A stretch of DNA of 64,000 nucleotides from an uncultured delta proteobacterium (GCA_963841435.1 CAWJCS010000006.1:1632001-1696000), one strand, 5' to 3'. Shown: positions 32,537-43,793, counted from the first letter of the stretch. Notes: generated from the sequence alone by a model not told the origin. Numbers and translations: made by a program.

Positions 32537-34522
32537 ATGCGTAGGATCCTCTTCTCCGGCCTCTTGCTGCTTCTACCCAACGTTGCCCATGCCCAGGCGC
32601 AGGGCCCCGAACCGGCGAAGCCTACCGAACCGGCGACGCCAAGCCCGGCTCCCGCGGAGCCTGCCCCCGCGGCGCCGGCCTCACCGCCTTCGGAAGCGCC
32701 ACCTTCCGAGACGGCCGAGCCGGGCCCTGCTCTCGCGACCTCCTCCACCGCCGCCGGCGCCGAGCTCACGGCCGCGGGTCCCACCGCCGCAGCAACGTCC
32801 GACGGCGCGGCGACCGCCGAAGCGCCGAAGGACGCTCCGCCACCGCAGGTCGCTCGTCGAGGACAGGAGAGCGAAGACGAAGGCGCCTGGAAGTTCGACT
32901 ACCACGGCTACCTCCGCGCCCCGATGCGCCTGGGCATCAACAAGCGGCTGGCCGAGGACACGAACGGCTTCGGTGTCGCCGGCCGCAGCCCGACGACCTT
33001 CCACGAGGCCGTGATCCCCGATGACCAGTATCTGAGCTTTCAGTCCACGGCGCACAACATGCGCACGTGGGCCGAAGGCTTCTTCAGCTTCGGCAACAAC
33101 TGGGCGACGGGCGTGCTCGGCTTCGGCTCGTACAATCTCACCGAGGCGAGCTTCAGCTACACCGAGGCCCAGTGGGGCATCTCGCAGGCGTACGTGCTGC
33201 TCACTCCCGATCTCGGCTACGAGAACGTGCGCATCTGGGCGAAAGCCGGCGCCATCGTGGATCGCTACGGCATGTCGGGTCGCTACGACGCGGGCGAGTA
33301 CGACATGTACATGTTCGGCCGCACGCACGTCATGGGCGAGACGTTTCACGTCGACTACGACATCACGCCCGCCTGGACACTCTATCTCGAGCAAGGCTTC
33401 GGCACGAAAGAGCCGGATCCGAACCCGTACAACAACGCCCACTACACGCTGCTCCATCACGAGCACGTGGGCTTGAAGCAGGGCAAGGACCTCGAGTTCG
33501 GAGCCCACTACCTGATGAGCTGGAGTCAGGAAGAGTTCCGAAATACGGGCGACGCCAATTCCGTTTCTACGGGTGCGAAGGCAGCGCCACGCAACGGCTT
33601 GCCCAATGGCAAACTGTGGGTCACGGGCGTCGAGGCACGCGCCGAGCTGGGCGCGTTCGGCTACATCTACGGCGCCTACTCGCACGTCGGGTCCGACTAC
33701 GCGCTCAACGTCTCGCGGGCCATCGAGGTGCTCCACGCTTCAGGCGGCGGAGAGTTCGAGCTCGGTGTCGCCGCGAACTACCTCGACAGCCCGAACTGCC
33801 TGTCGACGCCACCCTCCGTGGTGCAACCAGTCCCCGCCGGCGCTCCTCAGAACTGGCAGCCGCTCGACATGAACGGCTGCAGCGACGGCAATGGCTCGAT
33901 CAACGCCCTCCACGCCCACTACGAGTTTAGTCTCACGAACTTCCAGCAGCAGTTCTCGGGCGGGCAGCGCTTCTGGGGTCGGGGCTTCGACGCGATCCTC
34001 AAGCTTTACGGCCTTCTGGCGTTCGTCAACAGCGAGTCGCGTGACACGACGAAGGTCTCGCGCAAGAGCGGCATGCTCGCGGATGCGCCCCAGGGTTACA
34101 AGGTGACGAAGTCGAAGTTCGGCGCCGACGTGACCGTCCAGGTGTTCCCGTGGCTCTCGCCCGGCGTGCGCTTCGACCGCGTCGTGCCGAACAGCCACAT
34201 TCCCGAGCAGTCGTTTGCGATCCTGTCGCCGCGGCTCCAGTTCAAGTCGCAGTGGGTGACGCACGAACGCATCACGCTCGGCTACTCGCACTACTTTTAC
34301 GATCAGCGTGTGTGCGACCCGCTCCAGCTCCCCGCCGCCGGCGGCGGCACCATGCCGAACCCCGACCCACTGTCGCAGTACCGCTGCACGCAGCCACCTC
34401 CCTCGCCCGTGCCGTTCGACGGCTTCGGGACCAACACGACTGACCAGGATGGCGAGCGCGCCACGAGCGTCAAGCGTCCCGACGAGAACGTCGTGAAGAT
34501 TGAAGCCACGATGTGGTGGTGA
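32537..34522 (+). CDS. Putative outer-membrane carbohydrate porin, divergent LamB-like (paralog 1)
   Basis: Signal peptide (VAHA-Q), Pro/Ala linker, WKFDYHGYLRAP, alternating aromatic strands, C-terminal IEATMWW. Confidence 0.65.
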   Translation: MRRILFSGLLLLLPNVAHAQAQGPEPAKPTEPATPSPAPAEPAPAAPASPPSEAPPSETAEPGPALATSSTAAGAELTAAGPTAAATSDGAATAEAPKDAPPPQVARRGQESEDEGAWKFDYHGYLRAPMRLGINKRLAEDTNGFGVAGRSPTTFHEAVIPDDQYLSFQSTAHNMRTWAEGFFSFGNNWATGVLGFGSYNLTEASFSYTEAQWGISQAYVLLTPDLGYENVRIWAKAGAIVDRYGMSGRYDAGEYDMYMFGRTHVMGETFHVDYDITPAWTLYLEQGFGTKEPDPNPYNNAHYTLLHHEHVGLKQGKDLEFGAHYLMSWSQEEFRNTGDANSVSTGAKAAPRNGLPNGKLWVTGVEARAELGAFGYIYGAYSHVGSDYALNVSRAIEVLHASGGGEFELGVAANYLDSPNCLSTPPSVVQPVPAGAPQNWQPLDMNGCSDGNGSINALHAHYEFSLTNFQQQFSGGQRFWGRGFDAILKLYGLLAFVNSESRDTTKVSRKSGMLADAPQGYKVTKSKFGADVTVQVFPWLSPGVRFDRVVPNSHIPEQSFAILSPRLQFKSQWVTHERITLGYSHYFYDQRVCDPLQLPAAGGGTMPNPDPLSQYRCTQPPPSPVPFDGFGTNTTDQDGERATSVKRPDENVVKIEATMWW

Positions 34523-34871
34523 GCCGGGCGGGGTGCTCCGCTCCGCCGGACCCGCCCCACCTCGCTCCGTTGCTCCCCGTGCGGGGGTCAGCGCCCGCCG
34601 GCGGCCCCTCGTGGTGCCGAGCGGTGCCCCGCCGCGCGGGCCCCGGTTGCCGCCCGCGGGCCTGCCAGCCATCCGCGCACGGAGCGGCCCCGCGGCTCGC
34701 GGCGCCCATCCACTCTCACGCCACGCGAGATGCCTGCGGCCTCGCACCGGTGCCACGGGACGATTCTCGCTGCGAGCCTCCGTCAACCCTGCCGCTGCTG
34801 GCGGGAATCTCCACCGCGCGTAAAATATGCTTCGCGGAGGTTGCCAGTCGGCCTCTTGGGATCTAGTGATC

Positions 34872-34885
34872 CGGAACCGGTTCCA
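34872..34885. promoter_or_regulatory. LacI-type operator candidate CGGAACCGGTTCCA overlapping the GH9 start
   Basis: Perfect 12-bp palindrome GGAACCGGTTCC immediately before ATG 34885. Confidence 0.7.
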
Positions 34886-36582
34886 TGTTGCGCCCTTTCC
34901 TTGCCGCGTCCGCCGTCTTGCTCTTCGCCTGTGATACCGCCGACACGCGTTGTCCAACGGGCGTGAACCCCGACGGCTCCTGCAAGATCACCGGCACGAA
35001 CGCCGTCACGATCCGCACGACGACCGTCGGCTTTTTGCCCGACGCCGGCAAGCGAGCAAGCTACGTCGGCGACAACCTCGATTTTCTCGTGGTGCGCTCC
35101 GGCGACAAATCCGTCGCGTTCCAGGGCACGGCGGGGCCCGAGGTCGACGCGAGCGACACGGGCGAGACGCTCCACGTCGCCGACTTCAGCGACCTCACGC
35201 AGCCTGGCTCGTATTTCGTCGCCGTTGACGGCGTAGGGCGCTCGCCGACGTTCACGATCGCAAGCGACGTGTTCGTCGAGCCGTTCCGCGCCGCCATGCT
35301 CGGCTTCTACGGTTTCCGCTGCGGCTCGGCGGTCTCGCTCGAGTGGGAAGGCGTGCACTTCAGCCACGCCGAGTGCCACATGAGCGACGAGGCGCCGGGC
35401 GGCTGGCACGACGCGGGCGACTACGGGAAATACACGGTCAACGGCAGCTTTTCCCTCGCGATGCTGCTCTTCGCCTGGGACCATTTTCAGGAAAAACTCG
35501 AGCCCCTCACGCTCGACATTCCCGAAAGCGACAACGATCTGCCGGATTTTCTGGACGAATGCCGCTATCAGCTCGAGTGGCTGCTCGCCATGCAGGACTC
35601 CGAGACGGGCGGCGTCTACGATCGCGAGACGAACTTCTGCGAGACGTGCACGTCGCGCAACCAACCGTTCGATCCGCTCACGACCATGCCGGAGCAGACG
35701 ACCGGCGATCGCAAGCTTGCGCCCATCAGCACGCCCGCCACGGCGGACTTCGCGGCGGTCGCTGCACACGCCGCCCGCATCTTCGAGCCCTACGATTCCG
35801 ATTTCGCAAAGCGCGCGGAGGACGCCGCCGTCGCGGCGTGGAGCTACCTGCTCGAGAACCCCGAGCCGCAGGCGCCGACGTCGGCGCAATACACGGGCTC
35901 CTACGTGACGACCGATGCCGACGACCGCCTGTGGGCGGCCGCCGAAATCTGGGACACGACCGGAGACACCGAAGCACTAGCGAGCTTCGAGACCGCCTCG
36001 AAGAATCAGTACATCCGCTCCGACTGGGACTGGAGCGACGTGCAAAATCTCGGCATCTACGCGTACCTCGGCTCCGAGCGCGAGGGCCGCGACGAGGAGC
36101 GTCGCTCGCAGCTCGAGACGGCCTTGATCGCGAGCGCGGCGCAAATGGCGACGACCGCCGACACGCACGGCTACGGCCGTGACATCGGCACCGTGTACTA
36201 CTGGGGTATCAACGGCGTGATCGCGCGCACGCTCATGACCTTCGTGCTCGCCGAGCGCCTGTCGGGCGACACGAAGTACCGCATCCCTGCGGGCTACCAG
36301 CTCGATCACCTCTTCGGCCGCAACTACTACGGTCGCTCGTTCGTGACGGGTGTAGGTCAGGGCGCGCCGCAGTCCCCCCACCACCGCCCCTCCATCGCCG
36401 ACGGCGTCACGCCTCCCTGGCCCGGGCTGCTCGTCGGTGGCCCGTCGGACGCGAGCACGCCGCTCACGGCCACGACCTGGAAGGACGACTTCAACGATTT
36501 TCGCAGCAACGAAGTCGCCATCAACTGGAGTGGGGCCCTCGTGTACGCGCTCGCGGCAGTCCTCCCGGAGGCGACCCCGTGA
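34885..36582 (+). CDS. GH9 endoglucanase lipoprotein with an N-terminal Ig-like module
   Basis: Lipobox LLFAC; ADFSDL..PGSY, GGWHDAGDYGKY, PHHRPS, GLLVGGP, NEVAINW. Confidence 0.93.
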   Translation: MLRPFLAASAVLLFACDTADTRCPTGVNPDGSCKITGTNAVTIRTTTVGFLPDAGKRASYVGDNLDFLVVRSGDKSVAFQGTAGPEVDASDTGETLHVADFSDLTQPGSYFVAVDGVGRSPTFTIASDVFVEPFRAAMLGFYGFRCGSAVSLEWEGVHFSHAECHMSDEAPGGWHDAGDYGKYTVNGSFSLAMLLFAWDHFQEKLEPLTLDIPESDNDLPDFLDECRYQLEWLLAMQDSETGGVYDRETNFCETCTSRNQPFDPLTTMPEQTTGDRKLAPISTPATADFAAVAAHAARIFEPYDSDFAKRAEDAAVAAWSYLLENPEPQAPTSAQYTGSYVTTDADDRLWAAAEIWDTTGDTEALASFETASKNQYIRSDWDWSDVQNLGIYAYLGSEREGRDEERRSQLETALIASAAQMATTADTHGYGRDIGTVYYWGINGVIARTLMTFVLAERLSGDTKYRIPAGYQLDHLFGRNYYGRSFVTGVGQGAPQSPHHRPSIADGVTPPWPGLLVGGPSDASTPLTATTWKDDFNDFRSNEVAINWSGALVYALAAVLPEATP

Positions 36583-36674
36583 CGCCCTGCGTCGGCACGG
36601 CCGACGGGACGGCCGGGGAGCCGGATATCGCCGATTCTCGGCTGATTTCAGCCGGTCCGAAAGGGAGCTCCAGC

Positions 36675-36703
36675 TTGACGATCCCGGGAGCGCCGCGGAT
36701 ACT
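36675..36703 (+). promoter_or_regulatory. Sigma70-like promoter TTGACG-N17-GATACT
   Basis: Canonical 17-bp spacing ~90 bp upstream of ATG 36794. Confidence 0.45.
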
Positions 36704-36793
36704 TCACGGCGTCGCCGGGCACCGAGCCACGGCTCGGCGCTGCTTGCTTTAACTAGCCCAGAACAGGCTCCCGACCCCTGTGAGGTTTCCCCC

Positions 36794-37690
36794 ATGCAGA
36801 GTGTATTGAAGCAATTCCTCCTTTCGTTCTGCGTCGCAACCCTCTCGGTTGCGGCCGGCTGCTCCAGCGACGCAAGCTCCGACGACGACGCGAGCGCCGG
36901 CACCGGCGGCACCGCCGGCACCAGCGCGACCGGCGACGTGCAAGTCATGCCCGACAGCACCGGTTGGGTCGATCGCGAGGCCGCCTGGAACACCATCGGC
37001 ATCCAGGGCGCCTGGTACCCGTACGGCGATCAATATGGCACCGGCCCGAGCGACGCGAAGTGCATCCACATCGGGATGCACTCGCCCACGGAGTGCTCGA
37101 CGATCACGATGCCCGATCCACTCGCCCTGGCCTTTCCCAACGTGAACGGCGACATGTGCACGGCTGGCGAAACGGCGATCATCCTCGACTGCCCCGCGGG
37201 CCTCAACACCTCGGGCTGCCCCATGGACGACTATTCGAACATGTGGGGCGCCGGCATCGGCCTCGACGTCAACGCCGACAAGGGCGAGGATGGCGGTGCG
37301 AAGAACACCTGGGATCCCGCGGCACAGGGCGTGATCGGCATCTCCTTCGAGATCGACAACGTGCCGCTCCCCGGCCTGCGCGTCGAGATCCCCATGCGGC
37401 TCACGGACACGGAAGCCGCGATGGTCAACCTGCCGCCCGGCTCGATCACCGACGATCATCCCGACGGGGCGCCGTACTGGGGCGCCACGAGCTCGTATCC
37501 CGCATCGCCGGTCGCGATGGGCGTGAACCGCGTGCTCTGGACGGACATCAAGCCCCCGCGCACCAACTACGTCTTCGACAAGGCGCGCATGTTGGGCGTG
37601 CAGTTCCACGTGCCCGCCGTCCCCGGGACGAGCACGTCGCGCGGCGCCTACAGCTTTTGCATCAAGAAGCTCACGTTCCTGAAGCAGTAG
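36794..37690 (+). CDS. Lipoprotein with a putative carbohydrate-binding (galactose-binding-like fold) domain
   Basis: Lipobox VAAGC; Gly/Thr linker; GAWYPYGD, WGAGIGLD, GISFEID, GVQFHVP motifs shared with neighbouring lipoproteins. Confidence 0.65.
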   Translation: MQSVLKQFLLSFCVATLSVAAGCSSDASSDDDASAGTGGTAGTSATGDVQVMPDSTGWVDREAAWNTIGIQGAWYPYGDQYGTGPSDAKCIHIGMHSPTECSTITMPDPLALAFPNVNGDMCTAGETAIILDCPAGLNTSGCPMDDYSNMWGAGIGLDVNADKGEDGGAKNTWDPAAQGVIGISFEIDNVPLPGLRVEIPMRLTDTEAAMVNLPPGSITDDHPDGAPYWGATSSYPASPVAMGVNRVLWTDIKPPRTNYVFDKARMLGVQFHVPAVPGTSTSRGAYSFCIKKLTFLKQ

Positions 37691-37792
37691 GCACGCGACC
37701 CGAAAGCGCCTGGCGTCACCGCCGGGCCAGTCAGCGCGGCGGCTCTACCCCGGGGCCGCCGCGCTGCATTTTGTGCGCTCCTCGGTGCTGGG

Positions 37793-39031
37793 TCAGGGCT
37801 TGGTGTAGTCGAGCAGGTTGCCCGACATCATCAGCATGGTGATGGCGCGAAGTGACTGCTGGTAATACTGATTGTTGCCGCCCGTGCCCGTGGCGCCGTA
37901 GGTGAAGGCGTCGTCGAGGAGCTTCTGCGAGCCAGCGGCCATGCCGGCGACCCCGGCGGGGCCGATGAAAGCCATGTTGCCGAAGGTCGACGTCTTCTGC
38001 CCATCGAGCGAGTAGCCGTCACCGATGTTCGCTACGCCCTGGCTGTCGAAGAAGGGCGCGATCAGGTTCAAATACTCGAGCGCGCGCGGCTCGCCGTTGA
38101 AGCAGTAGTCCATGGCGATGCGCCAGGGCGTGCGGCAGGCGTCGTAGCCGTAGCCGCCCATGTGCTGGTAGGTGGTCGTCGTGCTGTCGGGCACGAGGCC
38201 GTAGGTGCCGCTTACGTCCTTGAGAATGGCGTAGTTGCGATCGATGATCGTCGTGCGCCAGGTGCTGTTCCCCGTGACATCGGCAAAGACGCGGAAATAG
38301 GCGGGCGAAAAATAATCCGGGAACGTGCGGTTGCTCCCTTTGCCCCAGTTGTCACCCGGCACGAGCAAGCCGTCAGGGCCGATCTCGTAGGTGTACATGG
38401 CGTTGATGATCTTCTTGGCGTCGTCGAGGTACGTGCCCGACTGCCACTGCGCCGACGCCATGATGAGCGACCACGCCATGTCCTCGTCGGCGTCCGTCGC
38501 CGAGCCCGTGCCATCGCTGGCGATCGATCCGTCGGCGTTCAGGTGCCAGTTCATGAGGCCGAAGCCGTCGAGGTGGGCCTTGGCGAAGGCCCAGACTCCG
38601 TCGAACGTCGGGCGGTCGTTCATGTACACGGCGAGCAGCATGCCGTAGGCGATGCCCTCGGAGACGGTATCGCCGTTGTTCGTGAGCCTGGACACGCGCA
38701 GCGCCGCGCCCGCTGGGACGACGAACTGCCCCTTCCAATAGGTGTACGCCGAGGCGACGGCGGCCGAAGCATTGGCCACGCTCGTGATCCGACACGCGCC
38801 CGGGACCTCGTTCTGCGGAAACGGGTGCGGCCCGCCAGGGATGGGCATGGTCGTCGTCCCCGCGGCGCCGCTCGAGCCCGACGAGCCAGCGCTGCCGCCC
38901 GTCCCGCCGCTGCCGACCGTTCCGGCGCTGGAGCCCCCGCTCGAATCGTCGTCGTCCCCGTGGTGGGTCGGGGCGCTGCAGGCGGAGGCCGCGAGGACAA
39001 GGAGCGAGCAGAGGGTCCCGAACGTTCTCAA
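37793..39031 (-). CDS. GH8 endoglucanase lipoprotein
   Basis: AAAGGAG RBS before TTG; lipobox AASAC; TVSEGIAYGML, SATDADED, PDYFSPAY, YDACRTPWR. Confidence 0.92.
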   Translation of the reverse strand: MRTFGTLCSLLVLAASACSAPTHHGDDDDSSGGSSAGTVGSGGTGGSAGSSGSSGAAGTTTMPIPGGPHPFPQNEVPGACRITSVANASAAVASAYTYWKGQFVVPAGAALRVSRLTNNGDTVSEGIAYGMLLAVYMNDRPTFDGVWAFAKAHLDGFGLMNWHLNADGSIASDGTGSATDADEDMAWSLIMASAQWQSGTYLDDAKKIINAMYTYEIGPDGLLVPGDNWGKGSNRTFPDYFSPAYFRVFADVTGNSTWRTTIIDRNYAILKDVSGTYGLVPDSTTTTYQHMGGYGYDACRTPWRIAMDYCFNGEPRALEYLNLIAPFFDSQGVANIGDGYSLDGQKTSTFGNMAFIGPAGVAGMAAGSQKLLDDAFTYGATGTGGNNQYYQQSLRAITMLMMSGNLLDYTKP

Positions 39032-39197
39032 AGCGAAGTCTCCTTTGACGAAGGTCTCCAAGCGTAGCGCGCGAGTGCCACCACGACCACCCGCCCAGTC
39101 AGCCTCTCGGCCACGTCGCGCGCCGATTGTCACGCGAGGGTCACGACCTCGAGCGGTGCGATCGACTGGTGCTCGAACACTCTCGTCGCGCGGGCGC

Positions 39198-41627
39198 TCA
39201 GGCCTCGCACTCGACCTCGACCGTGCTCCCCGCGGGAGCATACGGCACGAGGTGACCGACGACGGGCTTGCCGTCAACCTTGAGCGCGACCTTGCCGCCG
39301 CGACCCTGGTTCTTGACGCGGATCTTGTAGGTGGCGCCACGGCAGCGCCGCTCGATGGAAAACTCGGCGAGGTCCTTGCCGATGACGGGCTTGACCGACA
39401 GGCCGTCCCACTCTGGCTTCACCCCGAGCAGGTACTGAGAGATGGCAACGAAGTTCCAGGCGGCCGTGCCCGTGAGCCAGGAGTTTTTCGCCTCGCCGTG
39501 GCGCACGGCGTCGCGCCCGGCGATCATCTGCGAGTAAACGTACGGCTCGGTCCGATGGACCTCGCTGATCTCCTCGAGGTATGCGGGCGCGATCTTCTTG
39601 TAGTAGTCGAACGCCTGGTCGCCCCGGCCGATCATCGTCTCCGCGATGATGACCCAGGGGTTGTTGTGGCAGAAAATGCCGGCGTTCTCCTTGTAGCCGG
39701 GCGGGTAGCTCGAGATCTCGCCGAGCTCGAGGTGGTACGTCTGGTAGGCGGGCTGCTGGAGCACGATGCCGTACTTCGTGTCGAGGCGCGCCTTGACCGA
39801 ATCGAGCGCCTTCTCGACGTGCCCGCTCTCGAGCCCGATGCCCGCCATCGAGCAGAAGCCCTGCGGCTCGATGAAGATCTGCCCCTCGGCGCACTCCTTG
39901 CTGCCGACCTTGTTGCCGAAAAAGTCGTACGCCCGCAGGTACCAGTCGCCATCCCAACCGTGAGAAAGCACCGTCTCGCTCATCTTGGCGATGAGCTCCT
40001 TGGCGCGCTTCGCCTCGTCGGTGAGACCGCGCCGTTCGGCGAGCGCCACGTACTCGGGGCCGATGTGCACGAACATGCCGGCGATGAACACCGACTCGGC
40101 CGTGCGGCCCTTCTTGTTCTCGGTGGTCTGATACGGCTCGTCGGGCGTCTCCGAAAAGCAGTTCAGGTTCAAGCAGTCGTTCCAGTCCGCGCGCCCGATG
40201 AGGGGCAGGCCATGCGGGCCGAGGTTCTCCGTGACGTGATAAAATGAGCGCTTGAGGTGCTCGAAGAGCGACGCCTGGTTGTTCTCGTCGTTGTCGAACG
40301 GAACCTGTTCGTCGAGGATCGCGAAGTCACCCGTTTCCTTCACGTAGGCGGCGACGCCGAGGATGAGCCACAGCGGGTCGTCGTTGAAGCCGCTGCCCGC
40401 CTCGTGGTTGCCGCGCTTGGTGAGCGGCTGGTATTGGTGGTACGCGCTGCCGTCGGGAAACTGCGTCGACGCGATGTCGATGATGCGCTCGCGAGCGCGC
40501 TCCGGCACGAGGTGCACGAAGCCCAAAAGGTCCTGGTTCGAGTCGCGAAAGCCCATGCCGCGGCCGATGCCCGACTCGAAGTACGAGGCGCTGCGCGACA
40601 TGTTGAACGTCACCATGCACTGGTACGGGTTCCAGACGTTCACCATGCGGTTGAGCTTGTCGTCGCTCGAGGTCAGCTTGTAGCTCGAGAGCAGGCTGCC
40701 CCAGCGCTCCTTGAGCTTCGCGAACGCCGCGTCGACTTTCTCGGGCGTCGCGAACACCGCCATCAGCGCCTTGGCGCGCTGCTTGTTGATGACGCCGGGC
40801 TTCTCCCACTTGTCGTCCTTCGGGTTCTCGACGTAGCCGAGCAAGAACACGAACGTCTTCGACTCGCCGGGCGCGAGCGTCACGTCGAGCGAGTGCGAAG
40901 CGATCGGCGACCAGCCGCTCGCGACCGAGTTCTTCGACTTTCCCGCCAGCACGACGTCCGGCTCGTGAAAGCCGTTGTAGAGGCCGAGGAACGATTCACG
41001 ATCGGTGTCGAAGCCGAGGATCGGCTGATTCACGTGATAAAACGCGAAGTGATTACGGCGCTCCCTGTACTCGTGCTTGTGGTACACGGTGCTGCCGTCG
41101 ATCTCGACCTCGGCGGTGTTGAGGTTGCGCTGGAAGTTGGTCTGATCGTCCTGCGCGTTCCAGAGGCAGAACTCCAGGAACGAGAACAGCGTGACGCGCC
41201 GCGGGGTGCTGCCTTCGTTCTTGAGCGTGACGCGCTCGACCTCGCAGTCGTGATCGACGGGCACGAACGCGAGCAGCTCCACCGACAGGGCCTTCCGCTT
41301 GCCCGTGATGCGCGTGTAGCCGAGGCCGTGCCGGCACTCGAAGGAATCGAGGGCCGTCTTCGTGGGCGAAAACGTCGGGTTCCACAGCTCGCCGTCGGCT
41401 TCCCGCACGTAGAACATCCGACCGCCCATGTCGGTCGGCACGTTGTTGTAGCGGAAGCGGAGCAGACGCCGGAGGCGCGCGTCGCGATAGAAGCAATAGC
41501 CGCCGCCCTGGTGCGAAATCAGCCCGAAGAAGCGATCCGACCCGAGGTAGTTGATCCAGGGGTAAGGCGTCTTCGGAGTGGTGATGACGTACTCTTTGGC
41601 CGCGTCATCGAAATGACCAAATCGCAT
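39198..41627 (-). CDS. GH94 cellobiose phosphorylase
   Basis: [77 protein letters not shown]. Confidence 0.93.
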   Translation of the reverse strand: MRFGHFDDAAKEYVITTPKTPYPWINYLGSDRFFGLISHQGGGYCFYRDARLRRLLRFRYNNVPTDMGGRMFYVREADGELWNPTFSPTKTALDSFECRHGLGYTRITGKRKALSVELLAFVPVDHDCEVERVTLKNEGSTPRRVTLFSFLEFCLWNAQDDQTNFQRNLNTAEVEIDGSTVYHKHEYRERRNHFAFYHVNQPILGFDTDRESFLGLYNGFHEPDVVLAGKSKNSVASGWSPIASHSLDVTLAPGESKTFVFLLGYVENPKDDKWEKPGVINKQRAKALMAVFATPEKVDAAFAKLKERWGSLLSSYKLTSSDDKLNRMVNVWNPYQCMVTFNMSRSASYFESGIGRGMGFRDSNQDLLGFVHLVPERARERIIDIASTQFPDGSAYHQYQPLTKRGNHEAGSGFNDDPLWLILGVAAYVKETGDFAILDEQVPFDNDENNQASLFEHLKRSFYHVTENLGPHGLPLIGRADWNDCLNLNCFSETPDEPYQTTENKKGRTAESVFIAGMFVHIGPEYVALAERRGLTDEAKRAKELIAKMSETVLSHGWDGDWYLRAYDFFGNKVGSKECAEGQIFIEPQGFCSMAGIGLESGHVEKALDSVKARLDTKYGIVLQQPAYQTYHLELGEISSYPPGYKENAGIFCHNNPWVIIAETMIGRGDQAFDYYKKIAPAYLEEISEVHRTEPYVYSQMIAGRDAVRHGEAKNSWLTGTAAWNFVAISQYLLGVKPEWDGLSVKPVIGKDLAEFSIERRCRGATYKIRVKNQGRGGKVALKVDGKPVVGHLVPYAPAGSTVEVECEA

Positions 41628-41704
41628 GGGTTTCCTTCAACCGGCACCCGTTCCGCCGGTTCTCTCGCTCGGGGGGTGTGCCCGCTCGCGCCGATCTCCG
41701 CCGG

Positions 41705-42442
41705 CTACTGGCACCCGGTGAACTGAATGTCGTCCACCCAGATGTCGAAGTCGGCACCCTTCACGTTGACCTGCCACTGGATGCCGTAGAGCTTCGTCGG
41801 GTCGATGCCCGAGTCCTTCGGGCCCCAGTCTTCCTGGTTCATCGACGTGAACGGGATCGTGTACTGAACCCAGTCATTCGTAAACTCGAAGGTCATGCCG
41901 TGGTCGTTGAAGCACTGGTGGCAGATGCCGCCGTCGGGGTCGGTCTGCACGTCGGGCACCTTCATGCGCACCGTGCCGATGGATCCGGGGCCCTTTTTGG
42001 CCCAGAACGAGATGCCCTTGTACTTCGAGGCGTCGTAGGTGCCCTTCGGGTCGACGAAGTTCAAGCCCATGCCGGCATAGACGATGTCGGCGCCGCCGAC
42101 CTTGCCCTTCATGCGCGCTGCGTTGGCCGAGCCATTCGCGCCGCCAGGGCTCATCTCGAATGTGCCGCCGAGCGCACCGGAGAGCGGCCAGATGTCCGAG
42201 CCGCCGTTGTCCTTGGTGTCGAGGAACGTGTACCAGTAGCCGCCGCGCCCTTCGACGAAGTTGGTCTTGTTGGCCGACTCACCGTCGGAGATCATCGCCG
42301 TTTCCTTGGGGCAAGGGCGCCCCTCGGGCAGCTCGCGAGTGGAGGCGGCCGCGGGGTCCACCCTCTTCTTGCAAGCGCCCGTCGTCAGCGAAAGCGCGCA
42401 CAGGCCGCCGAGCACGGTTACCCAAACAATCGATCGAAGCAT
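41705..42442 (-). CDS. CBM11/CIA30-like carbohydrate-binding lipoprotein
   Basis: Lipobox TTGAC; GGYWYTF, YDASKYKGISFWAK, WVQYTIPF, GIQWQV, FDIWVDDIQF. Confidence 0.8.
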   Translation of the reverse strand: MLRSIVWVTVLGGLCALSLTTGACKKRVDPAAASTRELPEGRPCPKETAMISDGESANKTNFVEGRGGYWYTFLDTKDNGGSDIWPLSGALGGTFEMSPGGANGSANAARMKGKVGGADIVYAGMGLNFVDPKGTYDASKYKGISFWAKKGPGSIGTVRMKVPDVQTDPDGGICHQCFNDHGMTFEFTNDWVQYTIPFTSMNQEDWGPKDSGIDPTKLYGIQWQVNVKGADFDIWVDDIQFTGCQ

Positions 42443-42639
42443 TTTCTCACCTTGGGGTTTTCGGGAAGGTCCGCGTGGGCTATGGCCGGTTCGGGCTCGT
42501 TTGATCGGCCGCGTTCCAGCCGTCCGTTCGCACCGGCGCGCCCGGGGGGTCCCACCCGCTCCACGCGCCGATCGGCGCTCTGGGCGTGCAGGCGGGCGGC
42601 ATGTTGCGACCCAAGCCGGAGCTCTGTCAATCGGGAATG

Positions 42640-42653
42640 CGGAACCGGTCCCA
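42640..42653. promoter_or_regulatory. LacI-type operator candidate CGGAACCGGTCCCA between divergent genes
   Basis: Third copy of the motif; a minus-strand TTGACA lies ~10 bp away at 42625-42630. Confidence 0.65.
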
Positions 42654-42770
42654 GGTTGCGGCCGGGGCCCGGGGCAAGGGCGGTCGGCGGGGCGGCTGGG
42701 CCGACCCGCCACGGCGCCGGGGGCTGGCGCGGTTTGGGGGTGCGGCTAGACTCGGGCGCTGAGGCTCAGC

Positions 42771-43793
42771 ATGACTTATCGCTCCCTTCTTTCGGGCTGG
42801 ACCCCCACCCTCACCGTGGTTTCTGGCCTGCTTTACGTCGGCTGCGGCGCAGCCCCCGTGAACACGGGTGACGACGATGCGGCTTCCGGCGCAACCGGAG
42901 GCGCAGGTGGCGTCGGCAATGGTGGGGCCTCGGCCGTCGGGGGGAGCGGCGTGGGCGGCGCAACGGGCGGTGTGGGCGGCGCAACGGGCGGCGCGGGTGG
43001 TGCGACGGGCGGCGTCGGATCGGGTGGCACGGCAGGTGTCATCACGGCTGGCGTCACCAGCAGCTCCGGCGGGACGGTCGCGGCTTCGCTCTGTGGCCAG
43101 CCCACGGGCGTCGCCACCGAGAAGCTCATCGACGATCTGGAAGACGGGGACAACACCGTGGGCAACGGCCTCGGCGACCCGGTGCCCCCTTCGCGCGTCG
43201 GCTACTGGTTCACGTACAACTCGAACGACTCGAGCTGCACGCCGCTCAGCATGGGTGGCAATTGCCCTTGCAAGCAGAGCCCGCCCCCCGACCCCCAGGG
43301 CCTCATCCCCTTCCCCCCGGCGGCGAATCCCGGCAACGGCAGCATGTTCGCCGCGCACACCTCGGGCAGCGCCTGCACGACGTGGGGCGCGGGCCTCGGC
43401 GTCGATTTCAACAATTGCAACACGAAGAGCAACCCGTACAACGTGAGCGCCTACTCGGGCATCGGCTTCTCCTACAAGAGCAACCAGCCCCTGCGCGTGC
43501 TCGTCGGGACTCAGCCGAACCTGCCGACCTCGGAGGGCGGCTCGTGCGGCGGCACCGATTGCTACAACCACCACGGCAAGAACTTCGCGGCGGCGAGCGC
43601 CTGGACGACGGTCACCATCTCGTGGGCCGAGCTCCAGGGCACACAGCAGATCGGCAGCCCGCCCGCGGACCCGCAGACCTACGGCGAAAAGCGTGCGTTC
43701 GACCCGACGAAGGTGCTCAATCTCGAGTTCCAGGTGGACGCGAGCGGCGGCCAGAACTTCGACTTCTGGGTCGATGACGTGACGTTCCTCTGA
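42771..43793 (+). CDS. CBM11-like carbohydrate-binding lipoprotein with a Gly-rich linker
   Basis: Lipobox LYVGC; LIDDLEDG, GYWFTY, WGAGLG, YNVSAYSGIGF, FDPTKVLNLEFQV, FDFWVDDVTF. Confidence 0.78.
   Translation: MTYRSLLSGWTPTLTVVSGLLYVGCGAAPVNTGDDDAASGATGGAGGVGNGGASAVGGSGVGGATGGVGGATGGAGGATGGVGSGGTAGVITAGVTSSSGGTVAASLCGQPTGVATEKLIDDLEDGDNTVGNGLGDPVPPSRVGYWFTYNSNDSSCTPLSMGGNCPCKQSPPPDPQGLIPFPPAANPGNGSMFAAHTSGSACTTWGAGLGVDFNNCNTKSNPYNVSAYSGIGFSYKSNQPLRVLVGTQPNLPTSEGGSCGGTDCYNHHGKNFAAASAWTTVTISWAELQGTQQIGSPPADPQTYGEKRAFDPTKVLNLEFQVDASGGQNFDFWVDDVTFL

Noticed and set aside
34523-34800. GC-rich gap with partial inverted repeats after porin 1 (REP/MITE or terminator)
   Set aside because: Only imperfect pairing, expected at this GC content; no second copy and no U-tract.
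42951-43015. 21-bp tandem repeat
   Set aside because: It simply encodes the (V/A)GGATGG Gly-rich linker of a lipoprotein.
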